A DNA stretch of 64,000 nt from assembly GCF_902459465.1 (NCBI RefSeq), contig NC_047078.1, forward strand, positions 6,944,001-7,008,000, given 5' to 3'. The position numbers were made by a program, and so were the translations under genes. The notes below the pieces were generated by a model. It searched no databases. It was not told the DNA's origin and saw only the letters and a program-made list of their open reading frames with translations. The stretch comes from Asterias rubens (taxonomy: Eukaryota). Of this stretch, positions 33,962-46,664 are shown in pieces. The first letter of the stretch is position 1. Every line of letters begins with the position of its first letter.

Positions 33962-36900
33962 GTGAGCAAACAGTCAAAGGCTGGTCCATACAAATTCAGT
34001 TTTGAACTAAATAATGCCTGGCTATATTACCATGAGGAGAAGCACTGTAGTAGAGGATGAGTATACTTTGCTTTTTTTGTCATAATAATCATCTAGAAAC
34101 TTACACCTTGTGTGTTATTTTTTAAAAGGAAAACAAAACTCTAGTTACTTCAATCGCGGTATTTCTTAACTCACTTGCCTTTTGAATATTGGCTTTAAAA
34201 ACAAATACCATTATTGTGTGCTTAACTTGTGCAACCTAAACCTATATGATCAAGTGAGGTTTGCAGAGACACCATGCAAATAAAAAGAAGCTCCCCCTTC
34301 CCTCTATGACATGTGGTATTTATAAGAATAACTGATTGTTAACAACCCGTTTTTCTCCGAACCACTGCAGCTTATAGAGAAAGTGTATTTACATGATGTC
34401 TCTGCAAACCACCACACTTGATTGTTTTTCAACTATGTACAGTTTCAAATCCATTGAAACTAATTTAACTCTTTTCTCTGATAAAAAAAATGTTGTGAAT
34501 GTGATAACTTTTTTATTTTCCAGAATCGCCTTTTCATCTTGAAGATGTACTGAATGAGTTTAACAAACAGACATTGGACATCAGTGCTAATGAGAAGACT
34601 GACATCTTGCTGCAGTTACCATACATGGCTGTTGGCTTCTTCAATGAAAAAGGTGGCATTTTGGCTCTGGTGAAATTTGATGTGCACCTTTACATTCCGC
34701 ATGGTGCAATAGCTGAAGGCCCTCCCCAGCTTGTGTATATCTATGTCAACCCTGATATAGTTGTTGATGATAAAGTCTATGGTGAAGAGAAACAATTGTC
34801 ACCAGAGGTTCAGTGTGGTCCTCCAGGTCTTACATTTGAAGACAGTGTGGTGTTGTCTTTTCCTCATCATGCAGACTCATCTGGCTGGGAGTTTACTGCT
34901 AAGATGTGTCCAGCTTCTTCAGAATCCTGGCAAGCCCTTGATAGCAGCACTGATGGTCAGCTGGTGTCTGCTAAGGGAGGCAGAGCAATTTTTCTGGTCA
35001 ATCATTTCACTGGGTTTGCATTGTTTGGCACATCATCGGGTGTTAATGGAATTTGTGTGAGAGTTGGAGCCTTTGGAAATATCTTTGATTTGAGGAGTTA
35101 TGCTTTTCGAGTTTATATGTGGAAGGATGACAAGGTGTCTGAGGAGGTAATACGATTTTCCAAATTTGTTTATGAAAGAACGTTAAGGAATTTTTCATAC
35201 TGAAAATCTGATTGGCTCTGCAAAATCGAGTCACAAGGGGGACAATTGACTTCTTGGGTTTTATACATAGCTGAAAAGAGCAAACAAGCTCCAGTTTGAC
35301 ATATATTACACATTTGTATGACGTTTGGTTCAAAAGTAATGACCTTTTGAAAAAACAATTATGTCACAATCTGAAAATATGACCCATACTGGGGAAACAG
35401 CCTGTTTCATAAAAACATCAACTATTGATGTCTAGGGGATGAACAAAAAGTACACGTTTTATTCACCCTTATTGATCAAAAACAAATGTGTTTTTTCTTC
35501 AGAAAATGTCAAAATATAGACCCTAAAGAAGCATAAAACCACATAAAATAAATTCAAGATTAATTTATTTTCACCCTCCCATCATTCAACAGCCCTGTAC
35601 TGGAAAGCGGGTTGTGGGACAAGCAACTCATTAATGTAGAACCTGTCACATATAGGTACATGGGGGTATGCAAGTAATTCTTTTATAAATCAGAAAACTT
35701 GTATGTTTGAGTTGTATTTCAAGTGTTTATGTTGAAATCAGTGATTACAGATCTATTGTAGGAATCATGCTTGTTTTATTTGAAAGGATGCACAATGCAC
35801 ATGTAAAAGTCGTTATAGGAAATAAAATGAAGAATTTTAAACAGCTACCTGAGCGGAATGTTTTTAACAGAAATGCTTTTTTAACTTGTTTATAATGCAG
35901 TTGTTCACCATTTTAATGTAATTTTGATATGTGAACACTTCTGAAATTTTCATAATTATCGAATAAAAAATCAGGCCCCAACCTAAAGGTTTTCAAAAAC
36001 TAAAAACACTTCTGCCATTGACGGCGCGTGTCAAAGGACAATGCTCGCTGACGTTGTTTGCGGGAGTTTGCTACAGAGCAAATTTATCAGAAAAGCGCTG
36101 GATAAGGGTATTCAAAATGATTGTTTTTTTTTACACAATTAAAATCTATTTATAATCGTATGACTCGATTTCCTTATTCATTGAAAACATTTTAAATGAA
36201 ATTCAGCAAAGTTCACGACTTGACATTTTCGTTCAACCAGGTCTTTAAATTAAAACTCACTTGTTACAAAGTTGGACAAGATGTCATAGTTGGTTGTTGT
36301 TTTTTGTGAATTTTTAATTTAAAATACCATGCTGTTCTGAAAAGTAAAAACTCGTTCTTGTTATTCTGCATTTTTGTTTGTCTCGCAGAGAGTTGAGGAA
36401 CTTGAGAAGAAACAAAAATCAGAAATGTTGGATACCTATAAGAATTTGATTTTTGTCAAAGATAGAGGACACATGCATGTGGAGATGACAGAAACCGTTG
36501 AGGGATGGGAAGTGAGACCACAAACAACCCAGGTAAAGAAATCTAATACAAAGACATTATCGTAATTACTACATCAGGTGAAACAAGTTTGACATTTGAG
36601 TTTATTTACCTGTAACCTTTAGGAGACCAAAGCAGTTGTCAAGGGAGACTTGAAAATACAAGTACAGAATGAGTATTTGGCCATGGAAGCTGTGTATGTG
36701 TCTAGGGGCAAAGCCCTTTGGTAGGGTGAGGCAGCCGATCCCTCTTTAAGATTTTTTGTTTTTAGCTTGGCTTAAAAAAGCTCTCCTTGCTATAGAATAT
36801 TTATATCGCAATTAAACTTAGGCTTGGTTCAGTTCCTGGAAGCTTTTGACTTTCTGCATATGCTATAGAATATTTATATCGTATTAAATTAAACTTAGAC

Positions 36901-39900
36901 TTGGTTCAGTTCCTGGAGGCTTTTGACTTTCTGCATATTTGTTGACTAGGGAGGACTCTCAATCTTCATTAATATCATTAATAGGCAAGTTTTGATAGAA
37001 TGACACTTTAAAAGAATTCTTGAATACTCTTGAAAAAACCTATACTCCTAATTTTTAATGTTAGGCTTTTGTAACAAAATGCCCTTAGTTATTTTTTACT
37101 TCTCCCTTTCTTTTATAGTCCCTATTCAATTTTTCTTCTTTTTACTTTCTATTTTTCCGTTTTTTGTTGTTTACTTTCCCCCTTTTTTATTATTTAAAAA
37201 AACAATTAAATGATGGGGGAAGCCGCCTTGTTCCTCCCTGCAGCGCAAAATGCTACTAATTGTCTTACTTCGGTGTAATAAAACAAGTCAAACAATCCAG
37301 ACAACAGAAAACAATAATTTGTATCTTTTATGAGAGCCGGTGATATCATAGTAAAAGGAGAGTTTTTCCTCTAGCAGTAAAGTTCCCACAAATTGATTTT
37401 TTTGTTCAGGAGATCCGAGAAGAGGATGTATGGGCGTTCTCTCAGAATTCAGTCTCATTCAATGTGAGAATTAGGGGAGGCAACAAAGATGAAATTCCTT
37501 ACATGGCTGTAAATTGCTACCAGCAACAAGAAGGAGATGATGGTCAAGGAAGGAAGCTTCTACTCGATGTTGGGCCAAAGCCAGTGGGTATTTTCAGACA
37601 GCTATTGAAACATGATAAGATATAACCAGGAAGATACAAATATAACTGAAGGGATGTTTTGATCAGTAAGCTATGGTTGTCTTCAGGAGGATGCTGGACT
37701 CTTTTGCTGGATGCTATTTAAGTAATAATATAATAATAGCAGTTTTTACCAAACAAGGTACTGAAGGCACTGAGTATATACAAATAGTCAGGTTATTGCA
37801 GTGATGAATTCTGAAACCCAAGTACTGCCTTGGGGATGAACTTCAGTTTAGTGAGCACACACTGCCTACCCAAACCCAGTGGTGGGTTTTTGAGTTTTCA
37901 GTTCCAACTCCAGCCAACATGCTTCACCGAGCTCAGCCCAGTATTTCTCGTTTCTGTTCCCACATTTTTACACCATAGAGCAATGCCCAGCTACAATTTC
38001 CAAGGCTTAAAGCAGCATTCAACAACAGAGTCAAGCACCCTCCTGAAGACGATCAGAGCATACTGATCCAAAGGTTGAGTTGTCAACCACCGGTTCTTTT
38101 CAGAACTAACACTAACCAAAAATAGATAATCACATGGTGTTACCGCAAACCTCACCTGGTTGTATTAAGAATGGTCATTTTTCACTCTTGTGTATTTTTT
38201 AATTAATGAGTTTATTTTATAGGCAACCAAGTAAAATAGATACTTGTACAAGTAAATGCTCTACTTACTGTAATACAGAAAATTATATGAATACAAATAA
38301 TAATATGATAAATGCAAATTTTGTGTGTCTGAACGTTATTAAAACTTCAACGAAAAAGTTAAGGTCGTGTTTAGTAAAATCGGTCGGCGAGGGTGGCTTT
38401 ATAACGCTAAACCGCTTGACTTTGCTCCGTAATACACAGTCATCATTGGTGCACCGCAATGATTGATTGCATTTGTTTTTACACTACAGGCTCAAATGAG
38501 GAATAACAACTTTACCCAAACCTGTGATGCTCAGCAGAGGCGTATGTGCGATGCTGCTCATTCAATTGTAAGAGCTACAGGCAACTAAATGTATCAGTTA
38601 TAGCAATAGTATATTAAAACAACTAATGAATTAAAATTCCAGAAAATATGAAACTATGAGTCGGGGAAAACAATTGATGTTTATTTGTGGTTTCCACACA
38701 TGCTTTCGCTTGAATGCAGTATTGGCACAGCAATAACTACTCAAGGCTAGGAATTGCAGGGACTACAATGGAAACATTTCATTCTGAACCAATTGTCTGA
38801 TAAATAATAGGCTTATATAAAACAAGACTTTGATGGAAATTTAAGTGTGTAATATGTGACAAATTTAGGCACCACATGGAGAAACATTTTGTAAACTTGT
38901 TTTGAATGGCCCTTACTGACCACTTAATTCTATGAACATCCTTGGATAAATGAAACCCGTTTAAAACGCAAAAAAACAACGCACTATTTTGTTTAATGAA
39001 ATAACCACCAAACGGTGACCACTGGCCAAAATCTTTGCTATGGCAAATAAAGCATTGAAACAAGTAAGGCTGCAAATTAGCTAAATAATTTGTGAGACAA
39101 AATTACAGCTACTGACCACTACATGACCATTGACAAATAACTGTTTTAGTAAGATGTTAAAATTTCATCAGGGATTAAAAATACTATTTGTTTGTTGCGC
39201 CTTCTCATTCTGAAATGTAACAGTCCAGATTTCACAGTGTAATTAGTTTTTTTCCGTAGTATGTTAAGATGTGTTGAAACAATTAAATCGAATTTTTTTT
39301 GCACTTGACAGCCTGCTTCATGCCATACTGATGGGAGTGGAGATAATACTATGCCTAGTAAACCAATGACTGAAGTCACTGTGAGTATAGCAGTTTTATC
39401 ATCAGGTTGATATTATTTTAACAGAAAACAAGTAAACATACAAGCATATAGTTTTCATCTGCAACAAGGCGTTTTGTATTCATAGGACAGCCCAAACCTC
39501 TTGCTGTTGATAGTATAAAACATTGTGAGAAATGGCTCCCTCTGGAGTAATGTAGCTTTTGAGAAAGAGTTAATTTTCCACTCAAATATTTGAATTTGAT
39601 TTTGAGATCTCAGAATTAGATTTTGATCTGAAAGCACAGAACTTCGTGTGACAATGGTGTTTTTCCCGTTATTATCTCGCAACTTCAACTACCAATTGAG
39701 TTCAAATTTTCACAGGTTTGTTATTTTGTGCATATTATGTTGAGACACACCAAGTAAGAAGACGGGTCTTTGACAATTACCAAAGGTTTCCATCAGTGTC
39801 TTTTAAGTTTAATAGGCTAAGTTTTGATTTAGTGCCATGTGTTATCAATATTTGTTTATGTATGATCTATACTGCATCAATCCTTCAACGTCAACTGATA

Positions 39901-41331
39901 TGAGTTTATGTAAGAACCCTACTACCTAAATCATCCACAAATCAACCAATATAAGTTTCATATGGAGTTTCCTTAATGTGACTGGGCAATAGAGGGCGCC
40001 ATCATTTTCGCGCAATATGGCTGTTGTGCAAAAGTGTACGTGTACATTGAATAACGCGATCAGCCAACCTCGTTCCCAGGGGTGATCGATCTCGCCGCGC
40101 CATTTTTTCCCAGTATGCCTTGCTCGATCATAACCCCTGGAATTGTCAAATTTAAATGTGCCATAAATGAGCGTATATATTCCATCTTTTCTACGTGCGC
40201 ATGCATGTCTTTCGTCTTAAAGAATGTTTTTGTTTTGTTTTTGTTTTTAAAAAACGTGTTCGTGTCAAAAAAAACGCGGGCGTGGTGAACATGCAAGATG
40301 ACAAGCGCGTCATTCTGCACGCGCGTTGAATATGAAATACACGTTTGAGGGTTTTTTTATTGAACGCTCACGCGATGCTGTTTGTTCAACTTACAAAATG
40401 GCCGCACAAACACACGCTGTGAGATGCCAGTTTTGTCAACTTAGAAAATGGCCGCCTTGGCGCATGCCGGGGCGCCAATATAGGCAAGTGCGCTCTCTAG
40501 TTCTTACATATAACTCTATGGCTACAACAATATAAGGTTTGGGTAAATTTGTGCGTATTGACCATAGAAATAGAACGTGTGTTATTCAGTGAAGTGCGCA
40601 TTTTAGGCGACGCGGCATTTACACGTAAACCTTTAGACGATCCCTATCATTTGGCCACACATTTCAACTCGGTATGTATGTAGTATCCCTACTGCCTGAC
40701 TTCTCTAAAATAAACCACAATACAATACTGACCCAATCCTTCAAAATCAAGAATTTAAGATACAGCCTTTTCTCAAGTCTGTTGCTATTCATCCCTCTAC
40801 CTCAAAATAAAAAAATGAAACATGTATCACATTTATATTGTTTGTCATTCAAATATTGTTTGTCTGCTGTTAAGAATGCCATTTCAAGTGTAACCAGAAG
40901 AAGACCTTGCCAGGTGTTGTATGGTGGCTTATCAGACCAGAAAGTGAATGATCTTTGTGAGTTTCTTGACAATCAAGCTGCTGGTTACCATGGTTTGCCT
41001 CTTCTGGATTATCTCTCTGGTAATGGATACATACCTCCCAAGACACCTAAAAAGGAAGTTCTATCAACGTACTTTAGCCTGTGTACAAAGCACAACATTC
41101 CTGACCAGGACGCTGTTCAATATCTGAAACTGGTCTTCCATGAACTCAATTGCACAAGAGCAGCAGAGATAATAGAACCAGGTATGTTCTTATGCTTAAA
41201 ACAGCTTACTAGGCATGTTAGTTGTTTGCAAAAATGCTCCAATAGAAATAGAATTAGAAACACTTTTTCAAATCTATAAAATTTTCAGAGATGCCAAGTT
41301 CAGAGGCCAGCTATGCGTGAGATTTTTCAAC

Positions 41332-41362
<31 letters not shown>

Positions 41363-44324
41363 AAAAAAAAGTTTTTACAGAATCACCGAATCACCGCCCG
41401 GGAAAAAAAAAAAAAATTATATAAGAAATATCTTCTTTTTTTCATATAACTATTTGTGGAGAAAAATGTTTTTGAAAAACCTCTTTTGTATACTTCGAAC
41501 TCACATGAGGTACACAGGAGATGTTGCTGGTTAATGTGGAGGTACGATTGTGTCAGATTATTTTCCCAAAAAAGATAAATTTCTGGCTTAATAATGTTCA
41601 AAATCCTCCGCTCACCCCACTTCTCTGCTCGTAGAGTACATCCAACGAATTTGTTAAGAAATCGTGACAAAGTTGTGCGCAATTCACATTTTGCGCTTTA
41701 CCGAATTGCTGAATTGTCGTCTGAATCCTCTGATAGAGCAAAAAGCGTGCGCAATCTTCAAATTTGCACTCTGTTTTCATGCCAGCTCAAGTTAATTCTG
41801 AAAAACTGCGTGCAATCAGAAGATTGTGCATTATTTTAATTTTTTTCCCGGTCTGCCCCCAATGCTGTGAAAATTATTGCAGTGCGTGAGAGCGTGAGAC
41901 AGGACCCTTATTCCAAGGTGGCGTTATATGCTACCACACAACGTAGTACCCGGGCTAGTGCCTATCTTGTTTTATGAGATCTTTGCTCTAGCCAACCTTT
42001 CTATTTCAATGTGTGTTCCAAAGCACTACAATAGCTACCATAAAAGTTGACCGTTTTTACAAATTACTCAAATAGAAGCATATCACTGACATTCTTACAA
42101 TTACACTTTTAACACAAATCGTTAATATAAGTGAGCTCAAGGATGTCTACCTATTAACATTGGTCATGTAAAAGTTATTTTTTTCATCTTAATCATGGGG
42201 AAACATTGTATATTTTTCAAAATGTTGTATCTTTGAGTCTTCTTTCATGCCAAATCACACTGCCGAAAAAAAGGTTCAGGTGTCTTAATTTTATTATGCG
42301 AGGTAACGGACACCAGTTTTTCCCGGACAAAAAGACATTCTAAATTCAAAATTAGCATTGGGGTGGGGAGTCTGGAGATAACCTTTTTTGTTTTCAAAGG
42401 AAAACCCCCATAACCAAGGCATAACATGTTTGTTAAACATAGTATTGGGCAATAACACTAGAAAAAAGGGAACTCTTGAAAACTTAAAACTTTAGTGCTG
42501 GAGCTCCCCTGGACAAAGTGGACAACAAGTCTCAATTAATTAAAGTTTAGAAAACAAATGGTATTTAATAAAAAAGTGAACTTCCATATTGTCTTTCTTA
42601 AACTCATGATTCAATCTCCGTTTAATATCAGGTGGTGAAAGAGCAGATGCTGAATCAATCCCGCAGTTTCTTGACAATGAGTCACTGGTAATGTATGATT
42701 CAATTACTCAGTATTCAAACAAACATTTACAGCTAAAACGTCCAGATTTAGAAAGTTGGATGTTGGCAATGGTCTGGAGGATTGACTAAATTTCAAATGT
42801 CTCATATTGTAAGACTATGTTTAATTGAATTTTTAAGGGTGAAAACATTTTTAAAAGTTCAGCAAAAAACTTCTTTGTATAAGAAATATACAATACCTAT
42901 GGTTATTTGACATTGGTTTGTTTTCCAAGTTTAGCAAAAAAAGGTTAATGCCGTGATGTGTCGACCCTAGTAAAGTCTTTCTTAAAGGCCAAAGTGAAGA
43001 TGAATAAATCAAGAAATGGGAGGGGGGAGGGTAGGCAAGAAGTGCACAAAAAAAGTAAGGGGTAGACACATAAAACTGATAAGGGGTGGGGCCGGTTTGA
43101 CCACAAGAGGTGGATTGAGGCAGATTAAACAAGTGGATATCTGTGAAAAATATAGCAGGCAAAGACACATTGGAGTTGTCTTTCTTGTACAGCTTATTGA
43201 AGTCGACCATGATTAAAAGAAAAATCAATTATTTTTGAAATTGCCGTGGGTAAAAGGAATTATAACTAAAAATTAAAAAAATCTGAGTTAAATCAGTTGA
43301 TGCCGGGTTTTGTGTTTTGCAAATTAATTCCTTTGCAAACATGTTTTTCATGTATCTTTAATGACTGATAAGAAAGGTCATTCTTAACATGCATTCTTAA
43401 TGTGCAAAGCTTCGATTCACCTAAACAACGAGGACAACTCGTCATTTCTAATGTTGTTTTGTTAATGCCTCCACGGTTGTATTCATTGTATTTGAGCACA
43501 ATGGAGACAAATACGAGGGGATTGAGATTCCATTCCATGATTTTGTGTATGCCCGTCAGTTTTCTCTCGTTGAAAACTACCTATGGTTGCATTCCTTTTG
43601 AGAAACTAATACCCATTATCAGAACTCAATATCAACTTCACATAAAGGCACTTTGGACCTCAGTATAAATAGTATATTGAACAGTCAGTCAACATGTTTT
43701 AAAATAACCAATTAATGGAATGAGAGGGTCATCAAACAAAGAAGTTTAACATGTGTTAATGTTTATGGAATTTTGCTTGTATGTATTTACTTTCAGACGA
43801 AAGGAGATGCTGAGATATGTCTTAGAGATTTAGCTAAAAAGCTAGGTCCAGAGTGGGAAGACTTAGCAACCTATTTAGGCATCATAAATAGTGAACTTAC
43901 TGCAGTGAGAAGCGAAGGTTCTGGGAGAGTCAACAGCCAGATATTCAGCATGCTAGTCAGATGGATGCAGGGATTTGGTCCATTTGGACAGGCGGCTTTC
44001 AACACTTTGTCATCAAACTTGGGGAGGATAGAAAGGAATGATCTGGTTGAGTTGTTAAAGGGAAAGGTAACAAGCATATTGTTCTTTAACAAACAAAACA
44101 ACAGACAATTGTTAATGAAGGTAAACAAAGGTTCCAGCTCTTGAGTATTCGGTCAGTGTCTGTGTCACTGCTAATGCATGTGGAGTAATGCAAACAAAAA
44201 ATGCACTTACCAATTCTTTTAGAAAAAAAAGATCAAATAAAAGATGTGTTGTTACTAATTTAAGGCTGTAAAAACATTACTCTCATTGTTCCTTTTCAGT
44301 TTTATTGTTTTATTTCAGACTTGA
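33856..44324 (+). CDS. Spliced gene, 3' half: ZU5 - UPA-like - death-fold-like - Death domain protein (UNC5/PIDD/UNC5CL-like architecture)
   Basis: Exons 33856-33961 (phase 0>1), 34524-35146 (1>0), 36389-36532 (0>0), 37410-37583 (0>0), 40875-41181 (0>1), 42632-42687 (1>0), 43797-44066 (0>0), terminal 44319-44324 (ACT TGA; alternative acceptor gives 44300-44365). All have AG/GT boundaries, no stops and compatible phases. Confidence 0.85.
34524..35146 (+). CDS. ZU5 domain exon plus start of UPA-like domain
   Basis: Motifs FFNEKGGILAL, LYIPHGAI, LSPEVQCGPPGLTFEDSVVLSFPH and VNHFTGF are typical ZU5 signatures; ttccag acceptor, GAG|gtaata donor. Confidence 0.92.
36389..36532 (+). CDS. UPA-like region exon 1 (RVEELEKKQKSEML...WEVRPQTTQ)
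   Basis: tctcgcag acceptor, CAG|gtaaag donor, 48 codons, phase 0>0; follows ZU5 as UPA does in UNC5/ankyrin/PIDD. Confidence 0.8.
36790..36938. repeat. Tandem duplication of a ~75-bp intronic segment
   Basis: gctatagaatatttatatcg...cttttgactttctgcatat occurs twice in a row. Confidence 0.9.
37410..37583 (+). CDS. UPA-like region exon 2 (EIREEDVWAFSQNSVSFNVRIR...LLDVGPKP)
   Basis: tttgttcag acceptor, 58 open codons, CCA|gtgggt donor giving phase 0. Confidence 0.72.
39505..39805. mobile_element. Same MITE family, partial copy
   Basis: Same core; right end ...gtgtcttttaa. Confidence 0.8.
39985..40640. other. CpG-rich island inside the UPA2 / death-fold intron (promoter-like or transposon-derived)
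   Basis: Visibly CpG-dense against the AT-rich background; two aaaatggccgc (YY1-like) motifs at ~40376 and ~40425; small hairpin at 40076-40140. Confidence 0.4.
40875..41181 (+). CDS. Helical, death-fold-like domain exon (DED/CARD-like, unclassified)
   Basis: Open frame NAISSVTRRR...DLCEFLD...LLDYLSGNGYIP...YLKLVFHELNCTRAAEIIEP; strong G|gtatgt donor. The acceptor could instead be at 40914 (same phase). The fold assignment is inference. Confidence 0.65.
42632..42687 (+). CDS. Short linker exon (GGERADAESIPQFLDNESL)
   Basis: atatcag acceptor, CTG|gtaatg donor; 56 bp bridges phase 1 to phase 0 as required. Confidence 0.7.
43797..44066 (+). CDS. Death domain exon
   Basis: LRDLAKKLGPEWEDLATYLGI...QIFSMLVRW...L..IERNDLVELL matches the Death domain pattern; tttcag acceptor, AAG|gtaaca donor. 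Confidence 0.92.
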
Positions 44325-44419
44325 AAATTGAAACATCTGTCAGAAAAGCTAGAGGGACTCGATAAACCTGGTCACTATGCTTATCTTACCCAAATACCCA
44401 GTGGGTTTAACCTCACTTG

Positions 44420-44742
44420 GTAACGAGTAATGGGGAGAGGTTGATAGTATAAAACATTGTGAGAAACGGCTCCCTCTGAAGTGACGTAGTTTTCCAGAAA
44501 GAAGTAATTTTTCACAAATTCGATTTCGAGACCTCAAGTTTAGAATTGGAGGTCTTGAAATCAAGCATCAGAAAGCACACAACTTCGTGACACAAGGTTT
44601 TTTTTCTTTCATTATTATCTCGCAAATTCGATGACCGATTGAGCTCAAATTTTCACAGGTTTGTTATTTTATGCATATGTTGAGATACACCAACTGTGAA
44701 GACTAGTCTTTGACAATTACCAATAGTGTCTACTGTCTTTAA
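44420..44742. mobile_element. Same MITE family
   Basis: Same core; right TIR aattaccaatagtgtctactgtctttaa. Confidence 0.85.
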
Positions 44743-45249
44743 GTTCCGTATCCATGGACACAGGGACGCATTGAACCCATTCTAAGTATTATACATGTCA
44801 CTCGTCCAAACTCGAGATAGGATTAATCCTAGCGTTTCGTGAAATCGGCGGCAGATCTCTCTGTGACATCACACTAATTAACTCAATCCAAACCGTTGAC
44901 AATGGTGAATACCACAGTAATTAAGATAAAACAACATCATCACAGTCTATACTGCGAGGTGTTGTAGTTTTCTTTCAAATTCTATAAATAAATATTATAA
45001 ATATTAAATTGCTATGAATTTGTTGTGTTTATGATTAGTGTTTGTATCGTAAATTCCTGCTAGATAGCAACATACAATACTCGTAATGGTTATTGGTGCT
45101 CTTCTAGCAATATAATGTGTGGGTTACTTCTTGTTACGAATTATAGTTGTATATGTTGGTTTAAACATTAACACATTTGCAGCCTTGGCATACAGTTGTA
45201 GATTGAAAGCTATAAAATGCAAAAATTGATTAATTGTTAGAGTTATAGA

Positions 45250-45550
45250 CACTGGACACTATTTGTAATTACTCAAAATAATATTGTTAGCATAAAAACT
45301 GACTTCGTCACGAGCAATGGGGAGCTGTGGTAGTATACAACATTGTGAGAAACGGCTCCTCTGAAGTAATGTAGTTTTTGAGAAAGTAAGTTTCCACTTA
45401 AAATATTTGAATTTGATTTCGAGACCTCAGAATAGATTTTGTGGTACTGAACTCAAGCATCTGAAGTGAAGGCACACAACCTCGTGTGACAAGGGTGTTT
45501 TGTCTTTTATTACTATCTCGCAACTTCGACGACCAATTAAGTTCAAATGA
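45250..45550. mobile_element. Same MITE family, right end missing
   Basis: agacactggacactatttgtaattactcaaaataat plus core. Confidence 0.8.
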
Positions 45551-45847
45551 GCCTTGCTAAGCTAACAACAACCTTCATCAGCCTCTTTCAATGTGTATAA
45601 TAAATTGGATGAATATTTCTGCTGGACTGATGTGTGGCGGTCCACTGACAGAGCAAAGTATAAATGGAATTTCTAATTTATAGTACAATTATTGTTTATA
45701 TCCTATAATCCTATCTAGAAATATAGTAAAAAAGTTGTTTGATGTTATATTTCGTTTGCCTTCTTTTAAGAATGATACACAAAAAGGTTCGATAGGGCTT
45801 CAATACTTTAGTAACCCTTACAAACATTATAAAGTGTATTGTTTTAA

Positions 45848-46185
45848 AGGGTCTATGTAACTTTTGTAGGACATAATACACAATGTCCACAGATTTACAC
45901 TAAACTTACACAGTTTGAAGCAGAATGATAGCAGAAAGCTTACCTGAAAATACTACGTGCTGAGGTGCTGTAGTTTTTGAGAATTTAGTAAAACAATGTC
46001 ATGAAAATAATTTTCGTCTCGAGACGAAAATTATTTTAATCATTTACAAACGGATTTTCATGACATTGTTTTACTCATTTCTCAAAAACTACAGCACCTC
46101 AGTAAGTAAGATTTGAAGGGAAGCTTTCCACTATCATTATCTTGAAACCCTTTAAGGTTAATGTAAATCTATGGACATTTTGAAA
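45848..46185. mobile_element. Palindromic (foldback) MITE, right end degraded
   Basis: Perfect 34-bp palindrome at 46004-46037 with long imperfect arms (45881-45905 vs 46156-46180); TTAA at the left end. Confidence 0.8.
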
Positions 46186-46357
46186 AATAGCATCAGATTG
46201 TATTGTATTTTACCTACCTACTGTTTGTTTATTTTAATACATATACCATTGAGTCAAGCTCGAAGTAAACTTAATCATTTTTTGTGGGGAATTCATAAAT
46301 ACCATAGAAAGTTTACGACGTTCTCTTTTTATAGAGTGATATAAATATGCTGTTTAA

Positions 46358-46660
46358 AGGAACACGTTACCTTGGATTGGCCGAGTTGGTCTATAGGTCA
46401 GTAGAATACAATGATCCACACAAATTGGCCCCGAAATTGCGTGGTTTTCCTTTTACTTTGCGAACTAACACGGTCTGCCATTATATGGGAGTCAACAAAA
46501 ATGGCCGACCGTGTTAGTCGACGAGGTAACTGGGAAACCGTGCAATTTCGAGGCATGTTTGTGTGAATCATTGTATTCTACTTTTAAAACATCTTTCTAC
46601 CCATATGCATTTTATCGCTTTTCAAAGACCAACTCGACCGATCCAAGGCATTTTGTTCCT
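46358..46660. mobile_element. Foldback MITE flanked by TTAA
   Basis: TIRs aggaacacgttaccttggat / atccaaggcattttgttcct with further internal inverted arms; shares its right TTAA with the next element. Confidence 0.82.
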
Positions 46661-46664
46661 TTAA

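Noticed and set aside
41215-41839. Lys-rich ORFs around 41.3 kb
   Set aside because: Derived from poly(C)/poly(A) runs and a degraded repeat within an intron.
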